Shown: positions 56,386 through 64,000 of the stretch, in pieces
How positions within the stretch are numbered: the first letter of the stretch is position 1
Layout of the letters: the number at the start of each line of letters is the position of its first letter
The notes under the pieces: model-generated
What the model was told of the DNA's origin: nothing
Databases searched by the model: none
Seen by the model: the letters and a program-made list of their open reading frames with translations, nothing else
Position numbers and translations under genes: made by a program
Source: Acidobacteriota bacterium
GTDB lineage: Bacteria; Acidobacteriota; UBA6911
Direction: 5' to 3'
NCBI GenBank assembly: GCA_003225335.1
Contig: QHZE01000458.1
Location: forward strand, 4,754-68,753
DNA: 64,000 nt

Positions 56386-58710
56386 ATCACCTACTTCGTT
56401 CGGAAACTCGCGAATCGTTCTCTCCTGAAGCTCGGTTTCGATCGCGCGCGGCGACCGTATCTTGCGCACGAGATCGATCGCAGCGGGCGCTTCAAAACCT
56501 CGCGATCTCAAGAAACAAGCTGCCACCGTTCCGGCCCGCCCCAAGCCGCCGACGCAGTGAACCAGTACATTTTCCCCATCCTTCAGTTGTTTCGACAGTC
56601 GGGAAACAGCATCTAATAGTTCGGTTCGACCCGGCACGCGTCCATCAACGGCAGGCAAATGCTCCACTTCGATCCCGAGCGCGCTGTACCGGGACAACAG
56701 ATCGTTTACGCCGTATCGGTGGAATTCGTCGTCAGTCAACAAACAAATAACTCTATCGATATGCTCGTTCATTAAGACTCTTAAATCCTCGTCGAGCGAA
56801 CGTCCATAATCGCGACGCCCCGGCATAATAGTAAGGCCGAGTCTGCCTGGGGTGGTGATAGCCTGAGGCAGCCAATCGATACGAAGCGGCCCAACTCGTG
56901 AAGCGCGCTGTGTCAAGGCATCGGCAGCGAGGCACGCCGAGTACAGTGCCCACCGTTTTTGCCATATGTTTGACTCTTGAAAACTCAGCGTATGGACGGC
57001 GTACCGAATATGACCGATTAACCATTGAGAGGGGTCACGATCAGCGTGAACCAGCTCGGGATAGTGCTCGCGCAGCAGGCCGACGATCCGGTAGGCGCGT
57101 CTGAGCTCCGGATGGGTCACCGCAGCGTTCAGCGCCGGCAGTGGCGCCGCCAGATCTTCGATCGCTATCAACAGTTCGCTTATTTGGATCGCTTGAGCGA
57201 AGTCGTGCTCATTTTCGATCCTGGTGAAAATATAGAGCAGGTCGTTTTCAAGTTTGATCAAGTCCCGCAACACATGGCCGCGGTGCGCATGAAAGAAATC
57301 GATCAGCCACACATTCGCTTGGCCGTCGATAATGATGTTTGCGCCATTGAGATCGCCGTGCACGTATGAGAAATAGTGGGAACGCGGGATGCGCGGCAAG
57401 GCGGCCAGCGTTTGACCGTAGAACTTCACAATATTTGGCGCGTTTCTGCCACCCGGAAATTCCAATGAATCGGTCCCGGCCGGCGCGCTGAGAACCTCTC
57501 CGACCCTGTGCGCAACCGAAGACGCCCATTCCGGTTTGAAGTCGTAATACTGAAAGAGATCCGACCGTTCGGCCTGCGCGGCACGATAAAAGCGGCCCAG
57601 CTGATCAACGAATACTGAATCAAGTATTCGTTTGACGTCTTGATCAGACGCACCGGCTTCATAGATTTTCTGAAACGAACGGGAATCGCCGCGTCCCATG
57701 GCGGCATAGCGATATTTGATGGCGCCCCGTGTTTCCAGATCCGCAAAGTCCGCGACACGCGGAGCCGAATTCCCCAGCACCGCTTCAATCCGCTCAAACG
57801 ATGTACGCTCCTTGCCGATGAGCGCCTTTGGGCCGATCTTCACGACATGCGGCACCTGCTCATGGCCATGGAGGTCGATGCTTTTTGTTCCGAGAACAAA
57901 GTTGCCAGAGAATCCGCCATCCAATGTGCGAACGTCGACATGTCGACAACCGCGGAACAGGTAACGCACTAACTTGCGGTCGGTATCGCTAAGCGCCGTT
58001 TTGTCGAGCACCTGTACGTCGGGATGTTTTTGGCTGAATCCAATAAGCGGCGCGTCCTCGACCTTCCCGCCAAGGAACTCGATGAATTCGCCTACCGACG
58101 GTATAACATCCACCCCAAGAATACGTTCGAGCTGATCAAGCGCCACGAAGTGATTTTCGCGCGACGAGCTTGCCGTGAGCGCGGAACACACCGCCAGGCG
58201 GAAGTGCGGATAACGACTGCGCAGATCGTAGCCGAGGAAAGTGATCTTCGCTTCCGTCCACACGCCCATCAATCCCACGCATACCGCAGTTGTGCAATAA
58301 GGGCGCAGGACGTCGTCCAGGTGTGCATCGACAAAGTTGCTTAGCGTTGTCGCGTCAACGATTTCGAGGCGCTTGTTCGCGTGTACGTTTTGGATGTCAA
58401 AGACAAATTCGGCTCCAATCGAATTTCGTAAACAATGCCGGCCAAATTGCTCCAGATGAGACCGCTGCTTCGGGTCGCTGGAATCATGCCAGTCGCGAAC
58501 ATGAATGACCTTGAGGATTTCATCGGGTTGAGCATGCGCCCACGTGATCATGCGAGCGACGGGCCCCTCCGCCGGATTCCTTCCCAACAAACGCAGTGAT
58601 TCGTCGTGACCGACGTGCAATGCATTCGGTAACCCTTCGAAACGGCCAACCGGACCGACGAAGTCGTTCTGCAGGCAGTCGGTTATAAGGATCGAGGTGT
58701 TCGCCGACAT
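56380..58710 (-). CDS. Three-domain fusion protein: isochorismatase-like hydrolase + APH/kinase-like domain + protein-tyrosine/dual-specificity phosphatase (776 aa)
   Basis: N-terminus: ILITDCLQNDF ... TTAVCVGLMG (isochorismatase/nicotinamidase-type motifs with a Cys). Middle: SYVHGDLNGANIIID...WLIDFF (Brenner HGD...N and DF kinase motifs). C-terminus: VLVHCVGGLGRAGT (HCx5R PTP loop). Confidence 0.7.
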   Translation of the reverse strand: MSANTSILITDCLQNDFVGPVGRFEGLPNALHVGHDESLRLLGRNPAEGPVARMITWAHAQPDEILKVIHVRDWHDSSDPKQRSHLEQFGRHCLRNSIGAEFVFDIQNVHANKRLEIVDATTLSNFVDAHLDDVLRPYCTTAVCVGLMGVWTEAKITFLGYDLRSRYPHFRLAVCSALTASSSRENHFVALDQLERILGVDVIPSVGEFIEFLGGKVEDAPLIGFSQKHPDVQVLDKTALSDTDRKLVRYLFRGCRHVDVRTLDGGFSGNFVLGTKSIDLHGHEQVPHVVKIGPKALIGKERTSFERIEAVLGNSAPRVADFADLETRGAIKYRYAAMGRGDSRSFQKIYEAGASDQDVKRILDSVFVDQLGRFYRAAQAERSDLFQYYDFKPEWASSVAHRVGEVLSAPAGTDSLEFPGGRNAPNIVKFYGQTLAALPRIPRSHYFSYVHGDLNGANIIIDGQANVWLIDFFHAHRGHVLRDLIKLENDLLYIFTRIENEHDFAQAIQISELLIAIEDLAAPLPALNAAVTHPELRRAYRIVGLLREHYPELVHADRDPSQWLIGHIRYAVHTLSFQESNIWQKRWALYSACLAADALTQRASRVGPLRIDWLPQAITTPGRLGLTIMPGRRDYGRSLDEDLRVLMNEHIDRVICLLTDDEFHRYGVNDLLSRYSALGIEVEHLPAVDGRVPGRTELLDAVSRLSKQLKDGENVLVHCVGGLGRAGTVAACFLRSRGFEAPAAIDLVRKIRSPRAIETELQERTIREFPNEVGDP

Positions 58711-58721
58711 GGCGCTCGGAG

Positions 58722-58997
58722 TTATGAGTTTTTCGCTGGTGTTTGAACGGATTGTTCAGCTCGTCGTTTTTCATCGACAAGTCTGGCTTCGGTTATTAAT
58801 TCGTCACATTTGATAAGTAGCGGGAACACCTCGCCGGTCCTATTCCGCGGAATCTCCTCCGCCCCTTCGGTTGTCAGCGTTTCCGTGGACGTCAGCAAAT
58901 AAATACGGGTGGGCGCTCGACGGGGCAGGGGTTGGCCATTTGCTATCGGGAAATGTGTCTTAAATCCAATATCGGCCGGTTTGATTCCGATAACCAT
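58722..58997 (-). CDS. Small hypothetical protein (91 aa) immediately upstream (11 nt) of the 776-aa gene
   Basis: ATG start with no recognisable family. It is a possible first gene of the operon. Confidence 0.3.
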   Translation of the reverse strand: MVIGIKPADIGFKTHFPIANGQPLPRRAPTRIYLLTSTETLTTEGAEEIPRNRTGEVFPLLIKCDELITEARLVDEKRRAEQSVQTPAKNS

Positions 58998-59170
58998 ATG
59001 GCGCAGTCCTACATAAACATCGGCCGGCTTGTAATCTTCCGTTACGTTCTTGCGGCGGGATTTTGCGCGAAAACGATGTTCGGGCGGGCACAGGTCCCGG
59101 CCCTACAGGTCTGCGGGAAGGCCGAGTTTACATAGAAGGCACCAAGAATCGCACGTTTTTCGATCCTTAA

Positions 59171-59441
59171 GGCTCGCGCAGAAATAACTTCACATTTTGC
59201 TGCAGGCCCCCAGGCCCGCTGGTGAGGCGCGAGCGACGAGCTATACCCGGGGCCGTATGTGAGGAGCGAGCAACAAAGCCAGCGAGCCTGCGGGCCGCAG
59301 CCCGCAGGGGCGCGGCGGCAAGGGCGCGTATCGGCTTCGTTGCCGCTCCTCGACGATGTCCGACATCGCCTTCGTCGCGGCGCCTCGCATTTGCCCGCCC
59401 GGCGCTCGCGCCAAAATGTGAATTTATTTCTGCGCGAGCCC
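59171..59441. mobile_element. MITE family C, full copy (about 270 bp) with 29-bp TIRs and a CTTAA/TTAA flanking direct repeat
   Basis: The TIRs are ggctcgcgcagaaataacttcacattttg ... caaaatgtgaatttatttctgcgcgagcc. It is flanked by cttaa on both sides, and the right TTAA contains the stop codon of the hydrolase gene. Confidence 0.6.
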
Positions 59442-61559
59442 TTAAGCCTTTAAGGCCTGCCAGGAGTCCCACGATGCTTCATCCAGGACTTCCACGTTGC
59501 CAGCTTCCTGATAAGCCCTGCGGACGTCGGAAGTCTCCATGCGCTTGGCGGAGCCGTCCACTCCACCGGCTATCACAACCTGCCGCGGGGCGATCCCCGC
59601 AACCAGCCTGGGCAGGTCGGTGTGATTCAGTAGATTTGTCACAAAGTTGCCGAATGGATGCACGTAATTCTCAGCATCCACGAGCGCACGGAAAGAGATC
59701 AGCCCTCCTGCGAGATGGAGGGCCCCGATGGAGGTCTCCAGCGACGCGGCAAAAATTGCGGGGACGGTCATCATCCCCTTCGCCGCGAGAATCAGAGGCC
59801 GGCCGGCGAGGTCGACGCGGGCCCGAAGGGCCTGAACAAGCGCCAGAATATCCGTGACGCGCTGGCCCAGCAGCGGTTTCCCCAGAATCAACGAGGCCCA
59901 GGCATACTCTTCTTCGCTGTTGTGGGACCTTGCATAACGGGCCGCCCCGCGCGAAAACTCGGGCGTCAGATCACCGGCGCCTCTCAAGTCCGGGGCGCAT
60001 ACTACGCAGCCCGCCGTAGCGACCCTATCGTAGGTCTCTCCTTCGTGCCACTGCCCGCGCGCCGCCGGCTCCAGCACGACTACGACAGGCTTGGAACGGT
60101 CTGTCTCCTTAGGCCGAAAGAGCCAGGCCGGGATCCAGACTCGCGGCGCCGAAGGAACCTCAATTGCCTCGATCTCTGTGCGACGAAACCGCGTGCGCCC
60201 CAGCGTTGCGGCGCGGACGGCGCTGGCTGGGCGCTCGACTCCCAGCAGCTCCTCGAGCTTGACCGGAATGGCCCCCACCTCGCGCTTCTTGTTCAGGGAA
60301 AATGGTGTCTCGCTTTGCAGCGACTGCACCACGCTGCCCGACGCCGTCACAAAGAGCGTGGTCTCGGGCTCCGGCGACACCTGCGGTTCCTCTTCGACCG
60401 CTCGCGCCTCGCCCTTGAGCCAGCGGCCGAGCCAACTATAGATCTGAAGGCGCATCGCGTAGGCGAGCCCGTGAGGCAGCGGTGTGCTGTTCCAGGAAAT
60501 ACGGTCGCCGCGCCCCATGGTCTCGTAAATTTTCCGCAGCTTTTGAAACTCTTCCCATCCACTTGTAATGTAGTTCGAAGAGTAAGTGCCGAAAAAGTCC
60601 TTATCGCTCACCAGGACCAGGAGCGGCTTGGGAGCGAGCGGGTAGAGCAGGTCCCATCGATCGAAACCAATCGGGCCGGAACCAATGAAGTTCTGCTCGG
60701 CGTCATCGGTCGACCCTGGCGGGTTGAAGTTCGCGCAGGCCACGTTCTCGGTGTTAGGGCACACGATGGCTGCGGCAGCCAGGCGGTCGTCCACGCAGGC
60801 GAGGAGCATCGTGGTGGTTCCTCCGCCCGACTGTCCGGTCGAAGCGAGCCGCGAGCCATCGACCATCGGGTGCGAGGCAAGGTAATCAAGGCTCCGAATC
60901 CCATCCCAAACTTGCATCCGCGTGCTGGTGTCGCCGAACAACAGCATTTGCCGACCCGGCGCGGTGTGTTCTTCGTCGGCGTTCAGCCGGGTCCGGAATG
61001 GTTCTTCGGCCGGGTAATAGGTTCGCTCTCCCTGCCCCATCGGATCAAAGGCCAACACGACGTAGCCGAGTTTCGCGAGTCCTTGGCAGCACCGTTGGTA
61101 AAGGTCATAAGCCTTGCCGTCGGTGGCATGTCCCATTTGAAACAGGACCCCGGGGAATGGCGGGCGGCCCGAGGTTGGCACGTAGAGATTTGCCGGAACA
61201 AAAAACCTCGGCTGGCTCTCGTACACCACCTTTTCGATCCGGTAGCCTTCGCGCTCGAACGAGCCAACGGTCCGCGCGTTCAGCGGGGTGCGCTCCGGCG
61301 TTCCCCCCACGAGCTTCCAGAAGGTTTTTCGAACCCAGCGCTGGCGATCGCGGATCGCCGCTGTTGTGGTCAGTTTCGCGATCTCTTGATTGCGCAGGTT
61401 ATAGGCGCGCTGAGCCAGGATGCGAAGATAATCCGGCAGGCACCGCGAATAGCTCCGGTAGTTCGCAGCGGGAACCGCCCCTTGGCCGTGCACGACTCCG
61501 GGGAAAGCGGCTATTGCGGCCGTCATGGATAGCAATTGCCGTCGGGTTAGCATAGTCAA
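59442..61559 (-). CDS. Tat-secreted alpha/beta-hydrolase family protein (acetylxylan-esterase/dienelactone-hydrolase-like; two hydrolase-like halves)
   Basis: Tat motif TRRQLLSMTAAIAAFPG. Nucleophile elbow GQSGGG. 705 aa. Confidence 0.65.
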   Translation of the reverse strand: MTMLTRRQLLSMTAAIAAFPGVVHGQGAVPAANYRSYSRCLPDYLRILAQRAYNLRNQEIAKLTTTAAIRDRQRWVRKTFWKLVGGTPERTPLNARTVGSFEREGYRIEKVVYESQPRFFVPANLYVPTSGRPPFPGVLFQMGHATDGKAYDLYQRCCQGLAKLGYVVLAFDPMGQGERTYYPAEEPFRTRLNADEEHTAPGRQMLLFGDTSTRMQVWDGIRSLDYLASHPMVDGSRLASTGQSGGGTTTMLLACVDDRLAAAAIVCPNTENVACANFNPPGSTDDAEQNFIGSGPIGFDRWDLLYPLAPKPLLVLVSDKDFFGTYSSNYITSGWEEFQKLRKIYETMGRGDRISWNSTPLPHGLAYAMRLQIYSWLGRWLKGEARAVEEEPQVSPEPETTLFVTASGSVVQSLQSETPFSLNKKREVGAIPVKLEELLGVERPASAVRAATLGRTRFRRTEIEAIEVPSAPRVWIPAWLFRPKETDRSKPVVVVLEPAARGQWHEGETYDRVATAGCVVCAPDLRGAGDLTPEFSRGAARYARSHNSEEEYAWASLILGKPLLGQRVTDILALVQALRARVDLAGRPLILAAKGMMTVPAIFAASLETSIGALHLAGGLISFRALVDAENYVHPFGNFVTNLLNHTDLPRLVAGIAPRQVVIAGGVDGSAKRMETSDVRRAYQEAGNVEVLDEASWDSWQALKA

Positions 61560-62108
61560 GCCGGCCTATCGGGCCGCCCAGTATGCGGTGACCGACACGT
61601 AAGTGTTGTTTTCGAGATTGGCTAGAAGCGAGCGCCGCATTGCATAAATATCCAAGTCGCCTTGTTGTTGGTAGAGCACCGTACCGCGAAATCGATCTGC
61701 CATCATGAACCACCACTAACACTCACTAAAAAGGGCGACATTTTACCATGGAAACCTGCTTTGGAGATCTTGAGGTCTGTGTGCGCTGTCGCTCCAGACG
61801 GGTCCCACACCTGGGACGAGGAGTCCTGCGGCCGGACACTTCCGGGGCCTTCTTCGAGAGGACCAGCCGCTGATAAGTCGTGCCCCATCTGGGACGCCCG
61901 GAGCCTCGGACTATTGGCATGAAGATTGCTGGGTGTTGCACTAGATCGACCCGCTTCAAAGGAGGTGTCTATGTTTTCCCTCTGGCAGGACCTTCGCTAC
62001 GCCGCCAGGACGCTGGGCAGGGCCCGAATCAAACAAAAACGAACCAAAAGTGATGGTCGAACGTCTACTCTAGCGATAAGATTTCATGGTAGATTATCTA
62101 CCAACGAT

Positions 62109-62462
62109 ATGGCAAAGGGATCTCCCAACCGGATCGAACTGCTTCAGGGCACGCTCGACATGCTTATCCTGCGGACGCTGCTGTTTGGCCCCGCTCACGG
62201 ACACGAGATAGCCAAGCACATCCAGCGGACGACGGTCGACGTGCTGCAGGTCGAGCATGGCTCGCTTTATCCGGCCCTGCATCGGCTGGAACGCAAGGGC
62301 TGGGTCATATCGAAGTGGGAGATGGCGAAGGACCGCAAGCGCGAGCTCAAGTACTACCGGCTGACGCCGTCGGGTAAGAAGCAGCTCGCCCTGGAGGAGT
62401 CCAAGTGGAAGCAATTGGCCGGCGCCATCGCGCGGGTAATGTGGCCGGCCGAGGAGGGGTGA
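62109..62462 (+). CDS. PadR-family transcriptional regulator
   Basis: A winged helix-turn-helix is present (LDMLILRTLLFGPAHGHEIAKHIQ...LYPALHRLERKGWV). The start is at the internal ATG 62109. Confidence 0.8.
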   Translation: MAKGSPNRIELLQGTLDMLILRTLLFGPAHGHEIAKHIQRTTVDVLQVEHGSLYPALHRLERKGWVISKWEMAKDRKRELKYYRLTPSGKKQLALEESKWKQLAGAIARVMWPAEEG

Positions 62463-62463
62463 A

Positions 62464-64000
62464 ATGCGCTGGTGGCGCTCGATGGGCAACTGGCTGCCGT
62501 GGTCCTCACGGCAGCGGCGGGAGGAGGATCTCGACCGCGAAATCCGCGCTCATCTGGAGCTTGAAGCGGAAGAGCAACAGGACTCCGGCCTGGCCGCGGA
62601 AGAGGCCCGCTACGCCGCCCAGAGGGCCTTGGGAAACGCGACATTGGTGAAGGAAGATGTGCGCGAAATGTGGGGTTGGAGTTCACTGGAACGGCTGAAG
62701 CAGGACCTCCGCTATCCAGCGCGAACCTTTGGCCTATCCGCCATTACCGGGGTGCTGTTCGGCCTGGCGCCGGCTCTACGTCTTTCGCGCGCCAACCTTC
62801 AGGAATACCTCAAGGCGGGCGGCAGAATCGGCGGGGCCGAAATGCGGAAGAGCGCGCGCAGCGCCCTTGTGGTGTCGGAAGTAGCCCTCGCGCTAGTGCT
62901 TCTGTCAGGCGCCGGCCTCCTGGTGAAGAGTTTTTGGCGGCTGCTCGAAGTCCGGCCGGGTTTTAACCCCGAAAGCGTCCTGGCGGCGAGAATCAACTTA
63001 CCCGCGGTGAAGTATCCGGAGCCTCACAAGCAGAATGAGTTCGTGCATCAATTGCTCGGCAGGATCCAAGGCCTGCCCGGCGTGCGCGAGACCGCCGTCT
63101 CCACCTCCATTCCATTTTCGGACGTTACGGATGTCGGCATCCGCATCGACCGACGCGCGCCTGGAACCCCCGAATCCGGAACCGCGGCTAACTACTACGC
63201 CGTTACGCCGCGCTATCTCCAAGCGATGGGAATCCCACTGATGCGCGGGCGCTTCTTCACGGAGCGCGACACCTTGGCGAGCCAGCCTGTGGTGATCATC
63301 AACGAGGTGATGGCCAGGCGATTCTTCCCCAACGAAGACCCGATTGGAAAGCGATTGGACATTTCCGGCCCGACATACCTGCGTGAGATCGTCGGGGTCG
63401 TGGGTGACGTGAAGCAGGGTGGTCTCAGGGCCTCGAAGACACCGCAGGTTTATGAACCATTCCTTCAGAAGCCGTCGAATTCCTTCAATGTTGTCCTGCG
63501 TGCGGCGGGCAACCCAATGCACGTGGCCGAAGCGGTCCGCCATGAGGTGCTGGCTATTGACAAGGAGCAACCGGTTTCAAACGTCCGGACCATGGAGGAA
63601 CTTGTCGCCCGTTCGGTAACACAGGACCGGCTCTCCGCATTCCTGCTCGGACTGTTTGCGGCCTTGGCCCTGGGTTTGGCCGCTATCGGAATCTACGGTG
63701 TGATGGCATACCTTGTTACCCAAAGAACGCATGAGATTGGAATCCGGATAGCGCTTGGCGCTCACCAGAGAGGCATTCTGCAGCTTGTTCTTGAGCAGAG
63801 CTTGCGGATGGTGCTGCTGGGCCTTGGGATTGGGCTGGCAGCTTCGCTCGCACTGACTCGCGTTTTGGGGAACCTGTTATATGAAGTGAAGCCGAGCGAT
63901 CCCCTAATATTCATCGCAGTATTCATTTTGCTCTTGGACGTAGCTCTCATCGCGGCGTTCATCCCCGCCCGCCGCGCCTCGCGCGTCGATCCAATGGTGG
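62464..64000 (+). CDS. FtsX-family ABC-transporter permease of the Acidobacterial 'ADOP'/MacB-like type, apparently lacking the first FtsX repeat; the 3' end lies beyond the window
   Basis: ATG 2 nt after the padR stop. The N-terminal cytoplasmic leader MRWWRSMGNW...LKQDLRY is typical of ADOP. It is followed directly by the end of an FtsX half (LFGLAPALRLSRANLQEYLKAGG) and one complete FtsX domain (TM + ECD + 3 TM). No stop occurs before the window edge. Confidence 0.7.
   Translation, partial: MRWWRSMGNWLPWSSRQRREEDLDREIRAHLELEAEEQQDSGLAAEEARYAAQRALGNATLVKEDVREMWGWSSLERLKQDLRYPARTFGLSAITGVLFGLAPALRLSRANLQEYLKAGGRIGGAEMRKSARSALVVSEVALALVLLSGAGLLVKSFWRLLEVRPGFNPESVLAARINLPAVKYPEPHKQNEFVHQLLGRIQGLPGVRETAVSTSIPFSDVTDVGIRIDRRAPGTPESGTAANYYAVTPRYLQAMGIPLMRGRFFTERDTLASQPVVIINEVMARRFFPNEDPIGKRLDISGPTYLREIVGVVGDVKQGGLRASKTPQVYEPFLQKPSNSFNVVLRAAGNPMHVAEAVRHEVLAIDKEQPVSNVRTMEELVARSVTQDRLSAFLLGLFAALALGLAAIGIYGVMAYLVTQRTHEIGIRIALGAHQRGILQLVLEQSLRMVLLGLGIGLAASLALTRVLGNLLYEVKPSDPLIFIAVFILLLDVALIAAFIPARRASRVDPMV

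Noticed and set aside
58722-58997. The 91-aa ORF as a ubiquitin-like/sulfur-carrier partner for the adenylating enzyme.
   Set aside because: It has no C-terminal GG, and the PaaK-like enzyme is not E1-like. It is kept only as a low-confidence hypothetical ORF.
61926-62108. The ORF track's long N-terminal extension of the PadR gene (MLGVALDRPASKEVSMFSLWQDLRY...).
   Set aside because: The PadR domain starts at the internal ATG 62109. The upstream in-frame part looks like a remnant ADOP-permease N-terminus rather than part of PadR.
1-64000. CRISPR arrays, rRNA genes, integrase/transposase/phage genes.
   Set aside because: No regularly spaced direct repeats, no rRNA-like stretches and no recombinase/transposase-like ORFs were seen. 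The mobile DNA present is non-autonomous (MITEs).

Overview
This is a 64 kb chromosomal segment of a high-GC bacterium, and its gene content looks strongly Acidobacteria-like. The evidence is two CarboxypepD_reg-type TonB-dependent receptors, a PadR regulator next to an FtsX-type 'ADOP' permease, GWxTD-domain proteins, a DUF1549/DUF1553 + DUF1501 + PPC-domain trio, and a TPR + ASPIC/UnbV pair. All calls come from reading the ORF translations and the nucleotide text; no searches were run, so family assignments are motif-based.

From start to end the window holds:
- A hydantoinase A/B pair plus a FAD oxidoreductase.
- A cluster of miniature inverted-repeat elements (MITEs) and a frameshifted secreted glycoside-hydrolase-like gene.
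- A TonB-dependent receptor.
- A GntR-headed sugar/sugar-acid cluster: an enolase-superfamily dehydratase, a two-subunit ADP-forming CoA ligase, a ferredoxin-like ORF, a TPP-dependent E1 beta/alpha pair, a FucI/AraA-family isomerase and a RhaT-family symporter.
- A TPR + ASPIC/UnbV pair, a frameshifted SDR, an MFS transporter, and the PPC/DUF1549-1553/DUF1501 trio.
- GWxTD proteins, a cyclase, a ceramidase-like hydrolase, a sugar-phosphate isomerase and L-rhamnose mutarotase, followed by a zone of gene fragments.
- A second TonB-dependent receptor and a cytochrome c.
- A tRNA-Cys(GCA) with a truncated RraA-like remnant against its 3' end, then a REC + HD-GYP response regulator.

The most interesting locus is a tightly coupled minus-strand operon at about 48.8-59.0 kb. 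It encodes a small ORF, a 776-aa isochorismatase-like/kinase-like/PTP-like fusion, a MoxR AAA+ ATPase, an unknown protein, an HExxH-vWA protein, a radical SAM/SPASM-like enzyme, another unknown protein, and a PaaK/F390-synthetase-like adenylating enzyme. This looks like an uncharacterised vWA-MoxR-type system with unusual enzymatic partners.

Three MITE families occur repeatedly. Family A is at 3710-3969 and 19272-19561. Family B is at 3611-3701, 19633-19971, 33193-33427 and 56148-56385. Family C is at 23871-24018 and 59171-59441. Three of them sit exactly at stop codons or 3' ends of genes. Several genes are frameshifted or fragmentary.
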